Below are positions 18,256 to 28,004 of a stretch of 55,633 bases of DNA, one piece after another. Position numbers and translations under genes: made by a program. Origin of the DNA: a virus. Lineage: Duplodnaviria; Caudoviricetes. Position 1 is the first letter of the stretch, and the number at the start of each line of letters is the position of its first letter. The stretch covers positions 1 to 55,633 of the IMG/VR virus record IMGVR_UViG_3300023109_000031; one strand, written 5' to 3'. Below the pieces are notes generated by a model. It worked only from the letters and a program-made list of their open reading frames with translations. It ran no database searches and was not told where the DNA came from.

Positions 18256-18492
18256 TGATTTTTTTCGATAATCTTTCACAGCACCCTTAACCAGTGTAGG
18301 ATATTTTCCTAAGTATGTACCTGCTCTAAGATCATCTTTTGTGACTAAATGTTTATGCATATGCTCAACACTGTCATAGTTTTGAAGGAGCCATTTACCA
18401 AGCTCATCAAACTCTGCGTCTGAAATAAGAGCATCATCTTCTACATAATAAGCATATGCACACATTAAGTATTTTGCAATAGGGTTCTTCAT
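18253..18492 (-). CDS. Stand-alone NAD-dependent DNA ligase subdomain Ia-like protein
   Basis: YAYYVEDDALISDAEFDEL resembles LigA YYV.D.P.I.DAEYD.L. Confidence 0.65.
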   Translation of the reverse strand: MKNPIAKYLMCAYAYYVEDDALISDAEFDELGKWLLQNYDSVEHMHKHLVTKDDLRAGTYLGKYPTLVKGAVKDYRKKS

Positions 18493-18671
18493 CCGCTTAC
18501 ATATATCTCATCTTTTGGTCTATACCATAATTTTTGATGGTAGAACTTAGCTAATAGCTCTTGTATTTCTTTTTGCCTCTCCTCTGTAGTTGCAGAGTAG
18601 GCAATAAGAGACATTTCTATTAAAGCTAGTTCTTTTACTGTTAGGTGGAAATCAGTGTTTGGTTTCCTCAT
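18489..18671 (-). CDS. Hypothetical protein
   Basis: ATGA-coupled 60-aa ORF. Confidence 0.6.
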   Translation of the reverse strand: MRKPNTDFHLTVKELALIEMSLIAYSATTEERQKEIQELLAKFYHQKLWYRPKDEIYVSG

Positions 18672-18850
18672 TTTTGACTCAACATATGTGCCATATCAAT
18701 TTCTAATGTTTTTACTTTTTCTTGCAATTCTTTAATAAGAGCTCTATTGCTGCGGTGATCTATTCCTGCTGCCTCATCAGCTTCTCTGGATTTTCTTAGC
18801 ATATAGTCGTAATATCTTTCTGACTGTTCTTTTCTAAGTACCTGTTCCAT
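18668..18850 (-). CDS. Hypothetical protein
   Basis: SD GGAGG; 60-aa coiled ORF. Confidence 0.6.
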   Translation of the reverse strand: MEQVLRKEQSERYYDYMLRKSREADEAAGIDHRSNRALIKELQEKVKTLEIDMAHMLSQK

Positions 18851-19194
18851 AGTTCCTCCTGTAATTTATATGCCTCTACTTCATATGGACGATCATAATA
18901 AGGTAACGTGTCTTCCATTAACTCGCTTCTCTCACACTGACGCAAGTGTACCATTTCGTGAAATAGCGCAGTGATGAGATCTGAAGTCTCTTGTCCGGTT
19001 TGAAGTTCGATGAAATGAGAGTCACCTTTTGTACCATACCAGTTACCGCAGACGTCTTCGTCTGTGTCACATAATGATATAGTAACGTCAAGGTTTTGTT
19101 TGCGTGGCATGAGTTCTTTTAGTCCGAACCAAAAAGCTAACTCTATACGAGCTCGCTCAATATGTGTGCCACCTTCTATATCCATCCAAATCAT
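18796..19194 (-). CDS. HExxH zinc metallopeptidase-like protein
   Basis: LFHEMVHLRQ...PYEVEAY; ATG 7 nt below the -10 box (19201-06), -35 TTTACA 19224-29. Confidence 0.75.
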   Translation of the reverse strand: MIWMDIEGGTHIERARIELAFWFGLKELMPRKQNLDVTISLCDTDEDVCGNWYGTKGDSHFIELQTGQETSDLITALFHEMVHLRQCERSELMEDTLPYYDRPYEVEAYKLQEELWNRYLEKNSQKDITTIC

Positions 19195-19233
19195 AGTACT
19201 ATTATACCATAGTTAGACGGAAATGTAAACCCC

Positions 19234-19827
19234 TTATTTTGGGGTAATAACTTCCACATTGTCTGGAAGATTAATCTTTGCTTCTTTGTGTTTATGGTAG
19301 ACAAAGAATTGTGTTTTCTTAAACTCATTGAATATGCCCTCCGTAATAGGCCGCCAGTTGTTGGCCAAGCGGAATGTATTTTCCGCATTACGATTTGAAG
19401 AGAGTACAAAGTCAGTAGTACTGATTAAGTTAAAATCAAAAATAGAATCAAATCCGTAAAGATGAATCTCATCGGCGTTTAATCTATTACATGCATAATG
19501 AGTAGCCATATGACCACAGTTAAAGTCTGTATAATTTTTAGCGTATTTAGGAAGATCTAAATAGAATTCTTTTACTTTCGGTGAGTGTTGCATATAAAAG
19601 GTTGGATTACCTTCCATGTACTTTTTAGGTCGTGCACCCATAACCCATTCAAGATTGGATAGATTTACACTACCTTCTTGAATAGCTCTACACATTTTGA
19701 AGTCTACAATACACGTCGCATATACGTTAGCAATTTCTCTTGGTGGTAGATTACACGTTAACTTGATACCTTTAGTTGGTTCGTAAAATCTATGCGAATC
19801 ACCGTTACCAATAATATGAACTTTCAT
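19234..19827 (-). CDS. Rossmann-like transferase (sialyltransferase/MptE-Maf-like)
   Basis: HIIGNGDS, CN, SG-like NCG, EIHLYGFD. Confidence 0.55.
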   Translation of the reverse strand: MKVHIIGNGDSHRFYEPTKGIKLTCNLPPREIANVYATCIVDFKMCRAIQEGSVNLSNLEWVMGARPKKYMEGNPTFYMQHSPKVKEFYLDLPKYAKNYTDFNCGHMATHYACNRLNADEIHLYGFDSIFDFNLISTTDFVLSSNRNAENTFRLANNWRPITEGIFNEFKKTQFFVYHKHKEAKINLPDNVEVITPK

Positions 19828-20495
19828 TAACTCATCAATTCCCTAATTTTATCTTTACCTTTTGCACCAGTCCAATGAACGCCTCTAATATCTTTTGGCA
19901 ATTTAATTCCATCTAAAAACATAAGCCTCATAAAATTAAACTTTTGTGGCGCATCTGTAATATATATTGCCTTTCGTAATGAGTCAAGCATACCATGAAG
20001 AACTTCTTGATCTCCTCTTACTGGCTTTTCAATACACATTTGAGCCCATTCTCGTAAGATAGGAGGTTTATCTCTGAATGCTACAATACCTGAATTATGC
20101 CATAGTTGTCCAGTTCTTTTTGACCAAGGTCTATCCTCTACCATAGTAAGTTTTTGAGGCTCGATATAGTTAAAGATTTCAGTCATATCACCTCTAACTT
20201 CAAAGTCAGTATCAATCCAACATACTTCTTTATATGGAGTTGCTAACATTGCGCCGGGTTTAAGAAACCAGCCTTCACCCATGTCTTTTTGCATCTGCCC
20301 TATAGAATGGAATTCTTTTGAGTCAACTGCCCATTCCATCATACTGTCAGTCATACCAAAGTCAGCAAGAGATATTTTTACGTCTGGATTATGCTTGCGA
20401 AATGTTTCGACAAACCACGGTAACATCCACTCAGTCTTTTCATCACACCCTGTCAAAAAGGCTCTATCAAAGTTGCTCAATTGTATATCCCTCAT
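19827..20495 (-). CDS. GT-A glycosyltransferase (GT8/nucleotide-diphospho-sugar transferase-like)
   Basis: WFLKP, WIDTD (DxD), NSGIV, GDQEVL, HWTG..GK. Confidence 0.8.
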   Translation of the reverse strand: MRDIQLSNFDRAFLTGCDEKTEWMLPWFVETFRKHNPDVKISLADFGMTDSMMEWAVDSKEFHSIGQMQKDMGEGWFLKPGAMLATPYKEVCWIDTDFEVRGDMTEIFNYIEPQKLTMVEDRPWSKRTGQLWHNSGIVAFRDKPPILREWAQMCIEKPVRGDQEVLHGMLDSLRKAIYITDAPQKFNFMRLMFLDGIKLPKDIRGVHWTGAKGKDKIRELMS

Positions 20496-21138
20496 TATAG
20501 TTGTGTTTAGCCTGACAACCTAATTCGTTTTGAATCGTAGTAAAGTAATCTTTAGCTTCATGCGTCCACGGATATAGTTCTTCTAAAAACGGAAAGTTAT
20601 CAAGGTTTAAGTATACATCAGTCGGAGCAGCTCCTCGTACCTGAGCATGATTAATTATTTGTCTTGCACCAGCAGGCTTAATTGCATATGCATGAGCACC
20701 TGGGAAATATCTTTTAGAAGTAAGTGGACCAGACCCTAAGACTTGTGGTATTCTAAAGCGGCCATAACTTGGCTTGCCCATAGACATCATTTGTTTGAAT
20801 CCCCACCCTGCTCTAATAGATTCAGGAATAGGATCTGTTTGTACAGCATCATGTTCATATATCATAATAGGCTGATTTAATTCAAGACATTTTTGCCACA
20901 AAGAAAAGTGAGAAAGAAAAGCTGCTGCACAATTTAGGTTACGAGAATACTTTTCATCAGTAAGAGCTTCAGTTTGTATAACCTTCTGTTCTTTTAATAG
21001 TTCTACTGGATTGTCTTTAGGAGTAAAGGCATGAAACTTTTCAATGATTTCGCCATGCTTTTCACCTGAAGCAATGCACCTATTTGCAGCTTCAACTGAT
21101 TTCTCATTATCCATTATTGTAATTACAAAAGATCTCAT
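20467..21138 (-). CDS. GT25-family glycosyltransferase
   Basis: AFLSHFSLW, IYEHDA, GAHAYAIKP.GA, PTD. Confidence 0.8.
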   Translation of the reverse strand: MRSFVITIMDNEKSVEAANRCIASGEKHGEIIEKFHAFTPKDNPVELLKEQKVIQTEALTDEKYSRNLNCAAAFLSHFSLWQKCLELNQPIMIYEHDAVQTDPIPESIRAGWGFKQMMSMGKPSYGRFRIPQVLGSGPLTSKRYFPGAHAYAIKPAGARQIINHAQVRGAAPTDVYLNLDNFPFLEELYPWTHEAKDYFTTIQNELGCQAKHNYNEGYTIEQL

Positions 21139-21836
21139 AGTGTTGTTGTAGAGCGCGTGCCCTGCACCTTCGTATGGTATGTTTTAGTCTGACCAATACC
21201 CTTAAAGTTTTGATAACATAAAAGAGCATCGTTTGGCCAAATACCGATGTTACTAATTAACTCCAAAGCTTCCTTAGCAAGATCTGGTTTAATTATATAT
21301 GCACTATTTCCTGCTAATCCTTGAGGAATGTCATAAGCATCAACTTTAGGTACATTACCAATATCGTATTTGAAATCTTGCACAATAGCGTGATAAACTT
21401 GAGATTTACGAGTTGCACCTCGTGGATCGTTGATTCCAACTAAGTTAAAGCCGGATTCAAGGATGTATTCTGGATCAAATTTTTTAGTTAAATCAAATAT
21501 CGCATCATGCTCCATAATAAGCATTGGCTCATTAGTGCTAGCGACTTCTTTCCATAACTTCCAATGAGAAAGAAAGCATGCAATACGTTTATTCGGATCC
21601 ATAGTTGGATATGCAGTTAACTTTAACCCTGTGGCAAAATCAATTCTTCCACCTTCAAGAGGATATGTCCATTGCAGCATGTTCTTATTCATAATGCTTG
21701 GTACTTCGTCAGGTGTTACTGCTTCAAATTGTTCAACGGTAAATGTATTTCCTATAGTCTTAGAAGATTCTTGACAGATCTCCGAAGCTTTAACAGAAGT
21801 ATCATTTCCAATTAGTGTAATAATTTTCGCTTTCAT
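21135..21836 (-). CDS. GT25-family glycosyltransferase
   Basis: ACFLSHWKLW, IMEHDA, GNSAYIIKP, WPND. Confidence 0.8.
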   Translation of the reverse strand: MKAKIITLIGNDTSVKASEICQESSKTIGNTFTVEQFEAVTPDEVPSIMNKNMLQWTYPLEGGRIDFATGLKLTAYPTMDPNKRIACFLSHWKLWKEVASTNEPMLIMEHDAIFDLTKKFDPEYILESGFNLVGINDPRGATRKSQVYHAIVQDFKYDIGNVPKVDAYDIPQGLAGNSAYIIKPDLAKEALELISNIGIWPNDALLCYQNFKGIGQTKTYHTKVQGTRSTTTL

Positions 21837-22450
21837 GATAACCTAATAATGTAACTGTCTGGTTGACCTGTCTTTGCGCGCAAGTCAAATCGCTCTATAG
21901 TCATACCTGACCGATCAAGTGCTTGTAGAAATTGTTCGTTCTTAAAAGCATTATAGTCTTTCAGGTTTCTTTGAATCCATGGATGACCTAATTCAGCTAG
22001 TGTCATTTTTTCTAATGGAAATACGTCTTCAATAATATATTGTCCACCTTCGGCAAGAAATGGCTTTAGATTATTAAAGGTAAGCATGTTAGCCTCTGGC
22101 GTATGTTTACCATCGTCGATAATAATATCAAACTTAGTACCACCAAATTTTTCATGCATTTGTGGAGCTACGGCAGCATTAGTAGAATCTGCTTTCATTA
22201 AATGTGCACGTTCATGACCATACGGTTCAATTTCATTCATACGAGTACGAGTAAAAATATCTAATCCATATATGTCTGCATTTGGAAAGTAATCCAAATG
22301 TGCTAGCATACTGTGGCCTTTCCATACACCTACTTCTAAAAGCTTTAGTGCATCTTCACGAATAGGCTCAAAGAACTTTTCATATACTGTATCGTACTTG
22401 TGCTTTGAAGATTTGTCTGCACCATACTTGTCAAATAGTTTACCTAGCAT
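21833..22450 (-). CDS. SAM-dependent (sugar O-)methyltransferase
   Basis: DK..H.Y, LLEVGVWKG, GLDI, FDIIIDDGKH, GGQYIIED. Confidence 0.85.
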   Translation of the reverse strand: MLGKLFDKYGADKSSKHKYDTVYEKFFEPIREDALKLLEVGVWKGHSMLAHLDYFPNADIYGLDIFTRTRMNEIEPYGHERAHLMKADSTNAAVAPQMHEKFGGTKFDIIIDDGKHTPEANMLTFNNLKPFLAEGGQYIIEDVFPLEKMTLAELGHPWIQRNLKDYNAFKNEQFLQALDRSGMTIERFDLRAKTGQPDSYIIRLS

Positions 22451-22458
22451 AATAGCTC

Positions 22459-22860
22459 CTACTTCTTAAAAGACAATGTATGTTGTCTTCCATCGTATTC
22501 AAATGTTATTGTGCTATGAGAATAAATTGTTGAAGCTTCTTCTTCATAACGAGTTTCTGTTCTACAGCTTGGGCCTGTATTCTTATTTCTTTCGGTATTT
22601 AACACACCGCCTAGAAAAGCTCCAATTGCTCCTCCGTTCTTTTCGCCTGGGATGTTATTACCAATAGCACCACCTACAATAGCACCTTCTAGAAAGTTAC
22701 TAATATCTGATTTATTATTGCCTGGGTGGCCACCTTTAGTACACACTTCAACTGTGTATGGCTGCTTCATGATCACTTCTTTATAGTGGTCTGTAATATT
22801 TTGTGCATTCGCTGATGTTGACAACAGAATAAGTGCTGTTGTGATAAGTAGTGTTTTCAT
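22459..22860 (-). CDS. Secreted glycine-zipper protein
   Basis: Signal peptide ending ANA; GAIVGGAIG...GAIGAFLGG. Confidence 0.7.
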   Translation of the reverse strand: MKTLLITTALILLSTSANAQNITDHYKEVIMKQPYTVEVCTKGGHPGNNKSDISNFLEGAIVGGAIGNNIPGEKNGGAIGAFLGGVLNTERNKNTGPSCRTETRYEEEASTIYSHSTITFEYDGRQHTLSFKK

Positions 22861-23549
22861 GATTTACTCCAATAATTTTTCTGTGCGCCGGTATCAAAAT
22901 CAAATCCCCAGTAGTCAATATCTGGTTTATACCAGTCTGCTACTATATCGATTGTCTGTTTATTATATAGGTCCTGATAAGAACCCTTATTTAGAGCTGT
23001 TACATTACGAGCTCTACTCATTCTAGGAAAGCCAAAGTATTTTTCTAAGTCTTCATTTAGATTTTCTGTACGTAGAATATCACACCTAACTTTGCCATTA
23101 TCGTCTACAACATGATCAAGAGCAGGATACCAACCTCTTACAGCTCTATGCCACATATAGTCTTCGTTTCCCCATTTGAATCTTTCCTCAAGAAATGCTT
23201 CGAACGAACTAACATCAGCATATGATGGATCAACCTTTCGCTCTACTTCAATTACTTTCTTTGCAAAAAAGTAACGACTAACCACCCTATCCCAAGGATT
23301 ACGAACAACAGCAAAGGCATCAAATTGCTGTCTGTAATTGACATTGAGGTCACGCCATCTTGCATGTTCTGCACCCAAATGATCATTAGTTTCTCTCATT
23401 TTCTGCTTTAGTCCACCTACATATTTTTCATTAATATGCTTATCAGGTGTATTTACGTGAATGCGATCGCCTAGTCCATGACGGATAGTCATACCAGCGT
23501 TCTTAGGAATGTGAACAAATATTTTACGTGACAAGTTTGATAAGCTCAT
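22857..23549 (-). CDS. Sulfotransferase family 2
   Basis: FVHIPKNAG (5'-PSB), FAVVRNPWDRVVSRY (3'-PB), Y..D...F.F. Confidence 0.88.
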   Translation of the reverse strand: MSLSNLSRKIFVHIPKNAGMTIRHGLGDRIHVNTPDKHINEKYVGGLKQKMRETNDHLGAEHARWRDLNVNYRQQFDAFAVVRNPWDRVVSRYFFAKKVIEVERKVDPSYADVSSFEAFLEERFKWGNEDYMWHRAVRGWYPALDHVVDDNGKVRCDILRTENLNEDLEKYFGFPRMSRARNVTALNKGSYQDLYNKQTIDIVADWYKPDIDYWGFDFDTGAQKNYWSKS

Positions 23550-24303
23550 TAAAATTCTCGCCTTTCTGAGGTAGTTTATCTTTTAAGAAAAAATGTACAA
23601 AGTGGCATTCTTTAACTTTGGTATTAGCCGTATATAGGCCATTCCATCGCCAGTCCATATTTTGGACTTTCATGTGCTGCTCTTTCACCCAGAAGTTTAG
23701 AAGAGTTTGATCTGTCGACCACTTCCAAGCTCCTTTACCATCAACAAAGTCTTTGAACTTATTTTGCTCAATAAACTGCTTCGGAGTCATACCCTTTAGA
23801 TATTTGCTAATGCTACTATTCATAAGCATTAAGCCCATATTGTAAAATTCAAATCCAAGGTTATTAGGTTTGAAATCAACGAACTGTTGAAGATCTCTAT
23901 ACTGCATTGCAGAGTAATTGCGAATCTTTTGTTTATACGCTTCAGTGATTGGCATTTCTCTTTCTGCCACTCCACCAAAGTCATACTCATCGCTAAATGA
24001 TTCGAAAATATTAGGAGCATCTGGTCTAATCCAAATGTCACTGTCTACAATAGCTATTTTATCGTATTGATCTAAGTAGCTAAATGCATTTTCTTTTTCG
24101 TAAATAGGAAGATAGCCTAACCTGTCCACAGCTTCCTTAGAACGGTTAGTTGAGAACGGGTCAGGCCTTATCATTAATTTAGGTACTGTCTGTACAATAT
24201 GATCAATGTCATATTTTTTACAGTATTTACTTACTGATTCGATACAGCCATTATATAGTTGTGAACCTTTTCCAACGTTCACTTGATAAATCATAGTTTT
24301 CAT
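23524..24303 (-). CDS. GT-A glycosyltransferase (GT8-like)
   Basis: IVDSDIWI..DAPNIF, YNMGLM, TDQTLLN, WN, FVHFF. Confidence 0.8.
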   Translation of the reverse strand: MKTMIYQVNVGKGSQLYNGCIESVSKYCKKYDIDHIVQTVPKLMIRPDPFSTNRSKEAVDRLGYLPIYEKENAFSYLDQYDKIAIVDSDIWIRPDAPNIFESFSDEYDFGGVAEREMPITEAYKQKIRNYSAMQYRDLQQFVDFKPNNLGFEFYNMGLMLMNSSISKYLKGMTPKQFIEQNKFKDFVDGKGAWKWSTDQTLLNFWVKEQHMKVQNMDWRWNGLYTANTKVKECHFVHFFLKDKLPQKGENFNELIKLVT

Positions 24304-24305
24304 AA

Positions 24306-24635
24306 TTACTTCTTCGTGGTAGAACTCATCCATGCCGCAGCACCGAAATAAGCACCGACTATACCAGCCTGTGCAATATAAAATAGACCTAGAAGATCAG
24401 CAAGTCCTGCGACTCTGCTGTCACTCATTAGTGGTGTAAATAGCACAACAGTAAAAATAAGCATAGAGACCATTGCGATCCATGCCATCTTTTTTTGTGC
24501 TTCTGCTTTTTCTTCTCTTAATTCTAGCTCAAGCATTTCTTTTGACTTTGTTAATTCGTCATCACTCACTATACCATCACCATCTAAATCATACTCATTA
24601 TACTTAGAGCCAGCTTGGAGTTTCTTAGAAACCAT
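24306..24635 (-). CDS. Two-TM membrane protein with EF-hand-like loop
   Basis: YDLDGDGIVSDDEL followed by two hydrophobic helices. Confidence 0.65.
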   Translation of the reverse strand: MVSKKLQAGSKYNEYDLDGDGIVSDDELTKSKEMLELELREEKAEAQKKMAWIAMVSMLIFTVVLFTPLMSDSRVAGLADLLGLFYIAQAGIVGAYFGAAAWMSSTTKK

Positions 24636-24658
24636 ATTCTCCTCCTTGGCTTGATATA

Positions 24659-25225
24659 CTATGTATACTGTTTGTAGACCTCAACTGCTTCAGGTAAAGC
24701 ACCAGCAAGAAGATATTCAATATAGTCATCTTTATCAGACTGGAATCTGATACCGATGCCACCATTGTCAATCCATCTTTTAATATTATCAGGCTTATCG
24801 TCGATAAGGATGTTTGGTGTACCTTTAATTTTACACCTAGCATACTTATGTTTGTTACTAGTAAAGATAAGATTTTCCATATCTTTTGGCATCCAGCCAC
24901 GATCTTGCAACCATACTCTTTTCCAATAAGCCGAGTTCATTGTATCGTTACGAAGAGGAGATGAACAAATACCCCAACCCATACCGGCTTGTTGAGCGAT
25001 AAGTTTAGTTTCTGAAACAATCGTATCTGAGATAGACTTTTCACCGTCCATAAACTCTGGCAACTGATTAAAGAAGTCAGTGTTATGTAAATCCATTAAG
25101 GATTTTTCTTTTTGAACGATTGATTTCCAATGGCCAGCGCCGCAGCTGTCGGCCCAAAAGCCGAAGAAGTCTGCGATAACGCCGTCCATGTCGAGATAAA
25201 TGTTAGCCACTATTTGTTTCTCCAA
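24659..25225 (-). CDS. 5'(3')-deoxyribonucleotidase (NT5C-type HAD)
   Basis: IYLDMDGVIADF, SSP, K..W, ILIDD, GGIGI. Confidence 0.85.
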   Translation of the reverse strand: MEKQIVANIYLDMDGVIADFFGFWADSCGAGHWKSIVQKEKSLMDLHNTDFFNQLPEFMDGEKSISDTIVSETKLIAQQAGMGWGICSSPLRNDTMNSAYWKRVWLQDRGWMPKDMENLIFTSNKHKYARCKIKGTPNILIDDKPDNIKRWIDNGGIGIRFQSDKDDYIEYLLAGALPEAVEVYKQYT

Positions 25226-25461
25226 GCTTGAATTGTTGATTCATAAGATGACGGTGAAAGCTTTTCCCATACATCCAATGGTGCCAGACCTTGCTGACGT
25301 AACTCTTTATAGTAATTTACAGTAACCTTATTTTGGATCAAGAATTTCTTGAACTTGGCTTTAGTAAATGGACCTTTTGAGTACTTAAATCGAGCCACAA
25401 TTTCACCATCATATCTTAGATATTCTGAGTCGTTTGTGAATTTTTCTTTATAATAAAACAT
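25210..25461 (-). CDS. Early hypothetical protein
   Basis: VARFKY.KGPFTKAKF; start trimmed to the SD-preceded ATG. Confidence 0.65.
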   Translation of the reverse strand: MFYYKEKFTNDSEYLRYDGEIVARFKYSKGPFTKAKFKKFLIQNKVTVNYYKELRQQGLAPLDVWEKLSPSSYESTIQAWRNK

Positions 25462-25464
25462 TGG

Positions 25465-25580
25465 GTTTCCTTCCTTTTCCATTTTATAGATCTATTATAC
25501 ACTATTTTTTATCAAAAGTAAAGGAAAAAGTGCAAAAAAGTTTGTAATGAAAACAAACACTTAGCAAAAAAGTTCAAATT
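25465..25580 (-). promoter_or_regulatory. Early promoter module (long form)
   Basis: TTTACT(25517-22)-17-TATAAT(25494-99); IHF-like AAACAAACACTTA 25551-63; GCAAAAAAGTTCAAATTA block. Confidence 0.85.
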
Positions 25581-25584
25581 AATT

Positions 25585-26448
25585 TTAGAGAACTAGACCT
25601 TGTTTTACCATATCCATAGGATGAACCTTATTAGTCCATTGGTTTGTGGTCCATTTATGGCCATCAAAGTCAAGCCAAGGGGACCAACCTACAACAAGTG
25701 CTGATCTGTTTTTGGAAGGATTAGAATTAAAATTCCATCTGTGAGGTCTGTACGTATTAAAGTGGTATGCAAAACCTTGCTCAAAGTACAGTTTATTGCC
25801 AGATTCAAACTCAATAAAATAATCATTGTCAAATGTAATAGGAATAAGCAATCTTGCGAGCATTTCATTAGGCTCATCTGTATGCCATATAAACTCTTTA
25901 TCGTTTTCTTTCAAAAGATGGCCTGCATCTCGACCTCGTATCATAGCTAATCTACCTTGAAACATAGGCCTTTTGATTATACCTAAGGCTGTAGCAATAG
26001 ATCTAAACTTTGCTACATCTGTTGGAACTCTCATTCCAAAATAATCGTCGTATGTATTGAATCCTTTGACTTCACCTTTAGTCTCTGTATAATCACGATT
26101 CCATACTAATTCTTTCCACTCTTCAGGTGTCATATCCTTTGAGCCACGAGGAGCACCAAATGCTTGAGCTCCTGCAGTTACTTTTAGTCTATAATCAGGA
26201 TTCCAATTAAGGCCTTGTCCTACATATAACGGGCTTCTATCCCATGAAGTTTTAGACCTTTGAATCTTACCATACCAACCAAAAGTACTCCATACTTGCT
26301 CTACGTCACTCTTAAGCTCATTCCAAGGTAAGTCTACTGGAATTTTAATGTATTCATCAGTGCATTCAGGCAACATTCTTTTAATGTCGTATTTGATTTT
26401 AAGTTGTTCTGATCTTGTTTTGGTGGGCAAGAAGTCGCTTTCGTTCAT
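25585..26448 (-). CDS. 2OG-Fe(II) oxygenase-like (Asp/Asn beta-hydroxylase type)
   Basis: WHTDE..RLLIPI, G.AYHFNT.RPH, RSALV. Confidence 0.7.
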   Translation of the reverse strand: MNESDFLPTKTRSEQLKIKYDIKRMLPECTDEYIKIPVDLPWNELKSDVEQVWSTFGWYGKIQRSKTSWDRSPLYVGQGLNWNPDYRLKVTAGAQAFGAPRGSKDMTPEEWKELVWNRDYTETKGEVKGFNTYDDYFGMRVPTDVAKFRSIATALGIIKRPMFQGRLAMIRGRDAGHLLKENDKEFIWHTDEPNEMLARLLIPITFDNDYFIEFESGNKLYFEQGFAYHFNTYRPHRWNFNSNPSKNRSALVVGWSPWLDFDGHKWTTNQWTNKVHPMDMVKQGLVL

Positions 26449-27134
26449 GGAAAAACTTTTCTCTTTCTATATTCTTCAATAGTATTAAGTAAAAGTGGCA
26501 CGTAATTATCGCGGTGTTCTTCAAAGATAAGAGGTTGCTCAAAGTCTACATCCATTACGACTACAGTATTAACAATAGGCATACCAGTTCGTTCTTCCCA
26601 CATGATTGCATAAGCAGCCATTTGAGCAAAGTAGTTTGAAATATGTTCTTTCTTCTTAATTCGTTTAGATGTCTTAAAGTCGATGATAGAAGGAACACCT
26701 TTCCATTCTGCTACACAATCAACTCGACCAGCTAAGCCTAAATGAGCAGAATACAATGGAACTTCAAGTCCAAAGATCGTACCTACATTATCATCTAAAT
26801 GCGGCTTTAGATTTGAAAGCGATTGTTGAATATGTGGAAGATATTCGGTAGTGTCTTCATTAAGTAAATATTTCTCTACAGCACTATGTACAGCAGAGCC
26901 GCGATTAGAAGCTCTAGTGCTAACTTGATTCGCGACATCCTCACCAACTCTAGCTCGCCATTTGCGTATTGCTTCTTCTGAGAGGATAGAAAGTACTGTC
27001 GTGATGCTAGGGTAACGATCTCCGGTTGGTGTGATATACGTTCTTCCAGTTTTCTTAGTATCAGCAACAAGATCAGAATATCCTAAGTCAACGTGTTCAT
27101 GAATAAATTGTTTAGTCAAGTGCTTCCCATCCAA
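26445..27134 (-). CDS. PD-(D/E)xK exonuclease (Cas4/lambda-exo-like)
   Basis: YPSITTVL, RGSAVH, E.PLYS, AGRVDCV, IIDFKTS, QMAAYA. Confidence 0.88.
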   Translation of the reverse strand: MDGKHLTKQFIHEHVDLGYSDLVADTKKTGRTYITPTGDRYPSITTVLSILSEEAIRKWRARVGEDVANQVSTRASNRGSAVHSAVEKYLLNEDTTEYLPHIQQSLSNLKPHLDDNVGTIFGLEVPLYSAHLGLAGRVDCVAEWKGVPSIIDFKTSKRIKKKEHISNYFAQMAAYAIMWEERTGMPIVNTVVVMDVDFEQPLIFEEHRDNYVPLLLNTIEEYRKRKVFP

Positions 27135-27483
27135 TACGATCTTTTAATTCTTCGGTGTCAAATATAACAACACCTGTTCCACCCGCAATAATACAAGTAA
27201 AGCCAGACTTTTGAACTTCTACAATTGCAACTTGTTGTTCTGCTTGGTCAAACATAACATAATAATTTACTTCAAACTTTGTTCCGTCTTGCAAAAAAGA
27301 ATTGCCTGGGAATCCCATTAAAGGTAGCATATTGTCGTTTTTTAATTCCTGCCACGCTCGCATATTACCTTCAGCCGGCGCACAAAGAACCGGCTTACCA
27401 AAGAAATTAGTTGGCATCTCAGCGTGTACTGGCGTACACATTGCGAGAGTATAAAATAATAATGTGGCGAAGATAAATTTCAT
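27112..27483 (-). CDS. Secreted hypothetical protein
   Basis: Signal peptide; KPVLC...TCIIAGG. Confidence 0.6.
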   Translation of the reverse strand: MKFIFATLLFYTLAMCTPVHAEMPTNFFGKPVLCAPAEGNMRAWQELKNDNMLPLMGFPGNSFLQDGTKFEVNYYVMFDQAEQQVAIVEVQKSGFTCIIAGGTGVVIFDTEELKDRIGWEALD

Positions 27484-28004
27484 AGCAACTTAGCCTCTTC
27501 TGTTGTTTCGTTAACGCGTCTGGTCCAACCTTTACCAAATGTTTCGAAAATCTCAAGACTTTCGTAATAGCTTTGTCTACCCGATTGGTAGCATTCAATT
27601 GTACCGATAAGACCTTCACTATCAATAAACTTGTCAAGTGCTGCTAGTGTGTTTGGACCAATACCACCGTCAGGAGTAGTACCAATTATTTGTTGTAAAG
27701 CCTTTGCTGCACGACCTGTACCAGCATTAACTCCAAAGTCAAATACACATAGATCTAAACCGCTTGGTAGATCATCACCTTTAACTCTATCCCAATAGTT
27801 TTTCTTGTAAATAGGTGCTACGTCATCAACGGTCAAATCTTTCATATTTTTTTGATGAAGGTCGCCTTTCATGCACCATTCCTGATAAACTCTTTGTGTT
27901 ACACCTAGGTTTGTTTCACCACCTGGGTCTTTAGGGTGATTAACATAACCACCTTCATGATGGAGAATTAGCTCTAAGCATTTTTCCCAATTCTGTTCTG
28001 CCAT
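27480..28004 (-). CDS. GH108 lysozyme (endolysin) with PG-binding domain
   Basis: HEGGYVNHPKDPGGETNLG, FDFGVNAG, DGGIGPNT, FGKGWTRR. Confidence 0.93.
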   Translation of the reverse strand: MAEQNWEKCLELILHHEGGYVNHPKDPGGETNLGVTQRVYQEWCMKGDLHQKNMKDLTVDDVAPIYKKNYWDRVKGDDLPSGLDLCVFDFGVNAGTGRAAKALQQIIGTTPDGGIGPNTLAALDKFIDSEGLIGTIECYQSGRQSYYESLEIFETFGKGWTRRVNETTEEAKLL

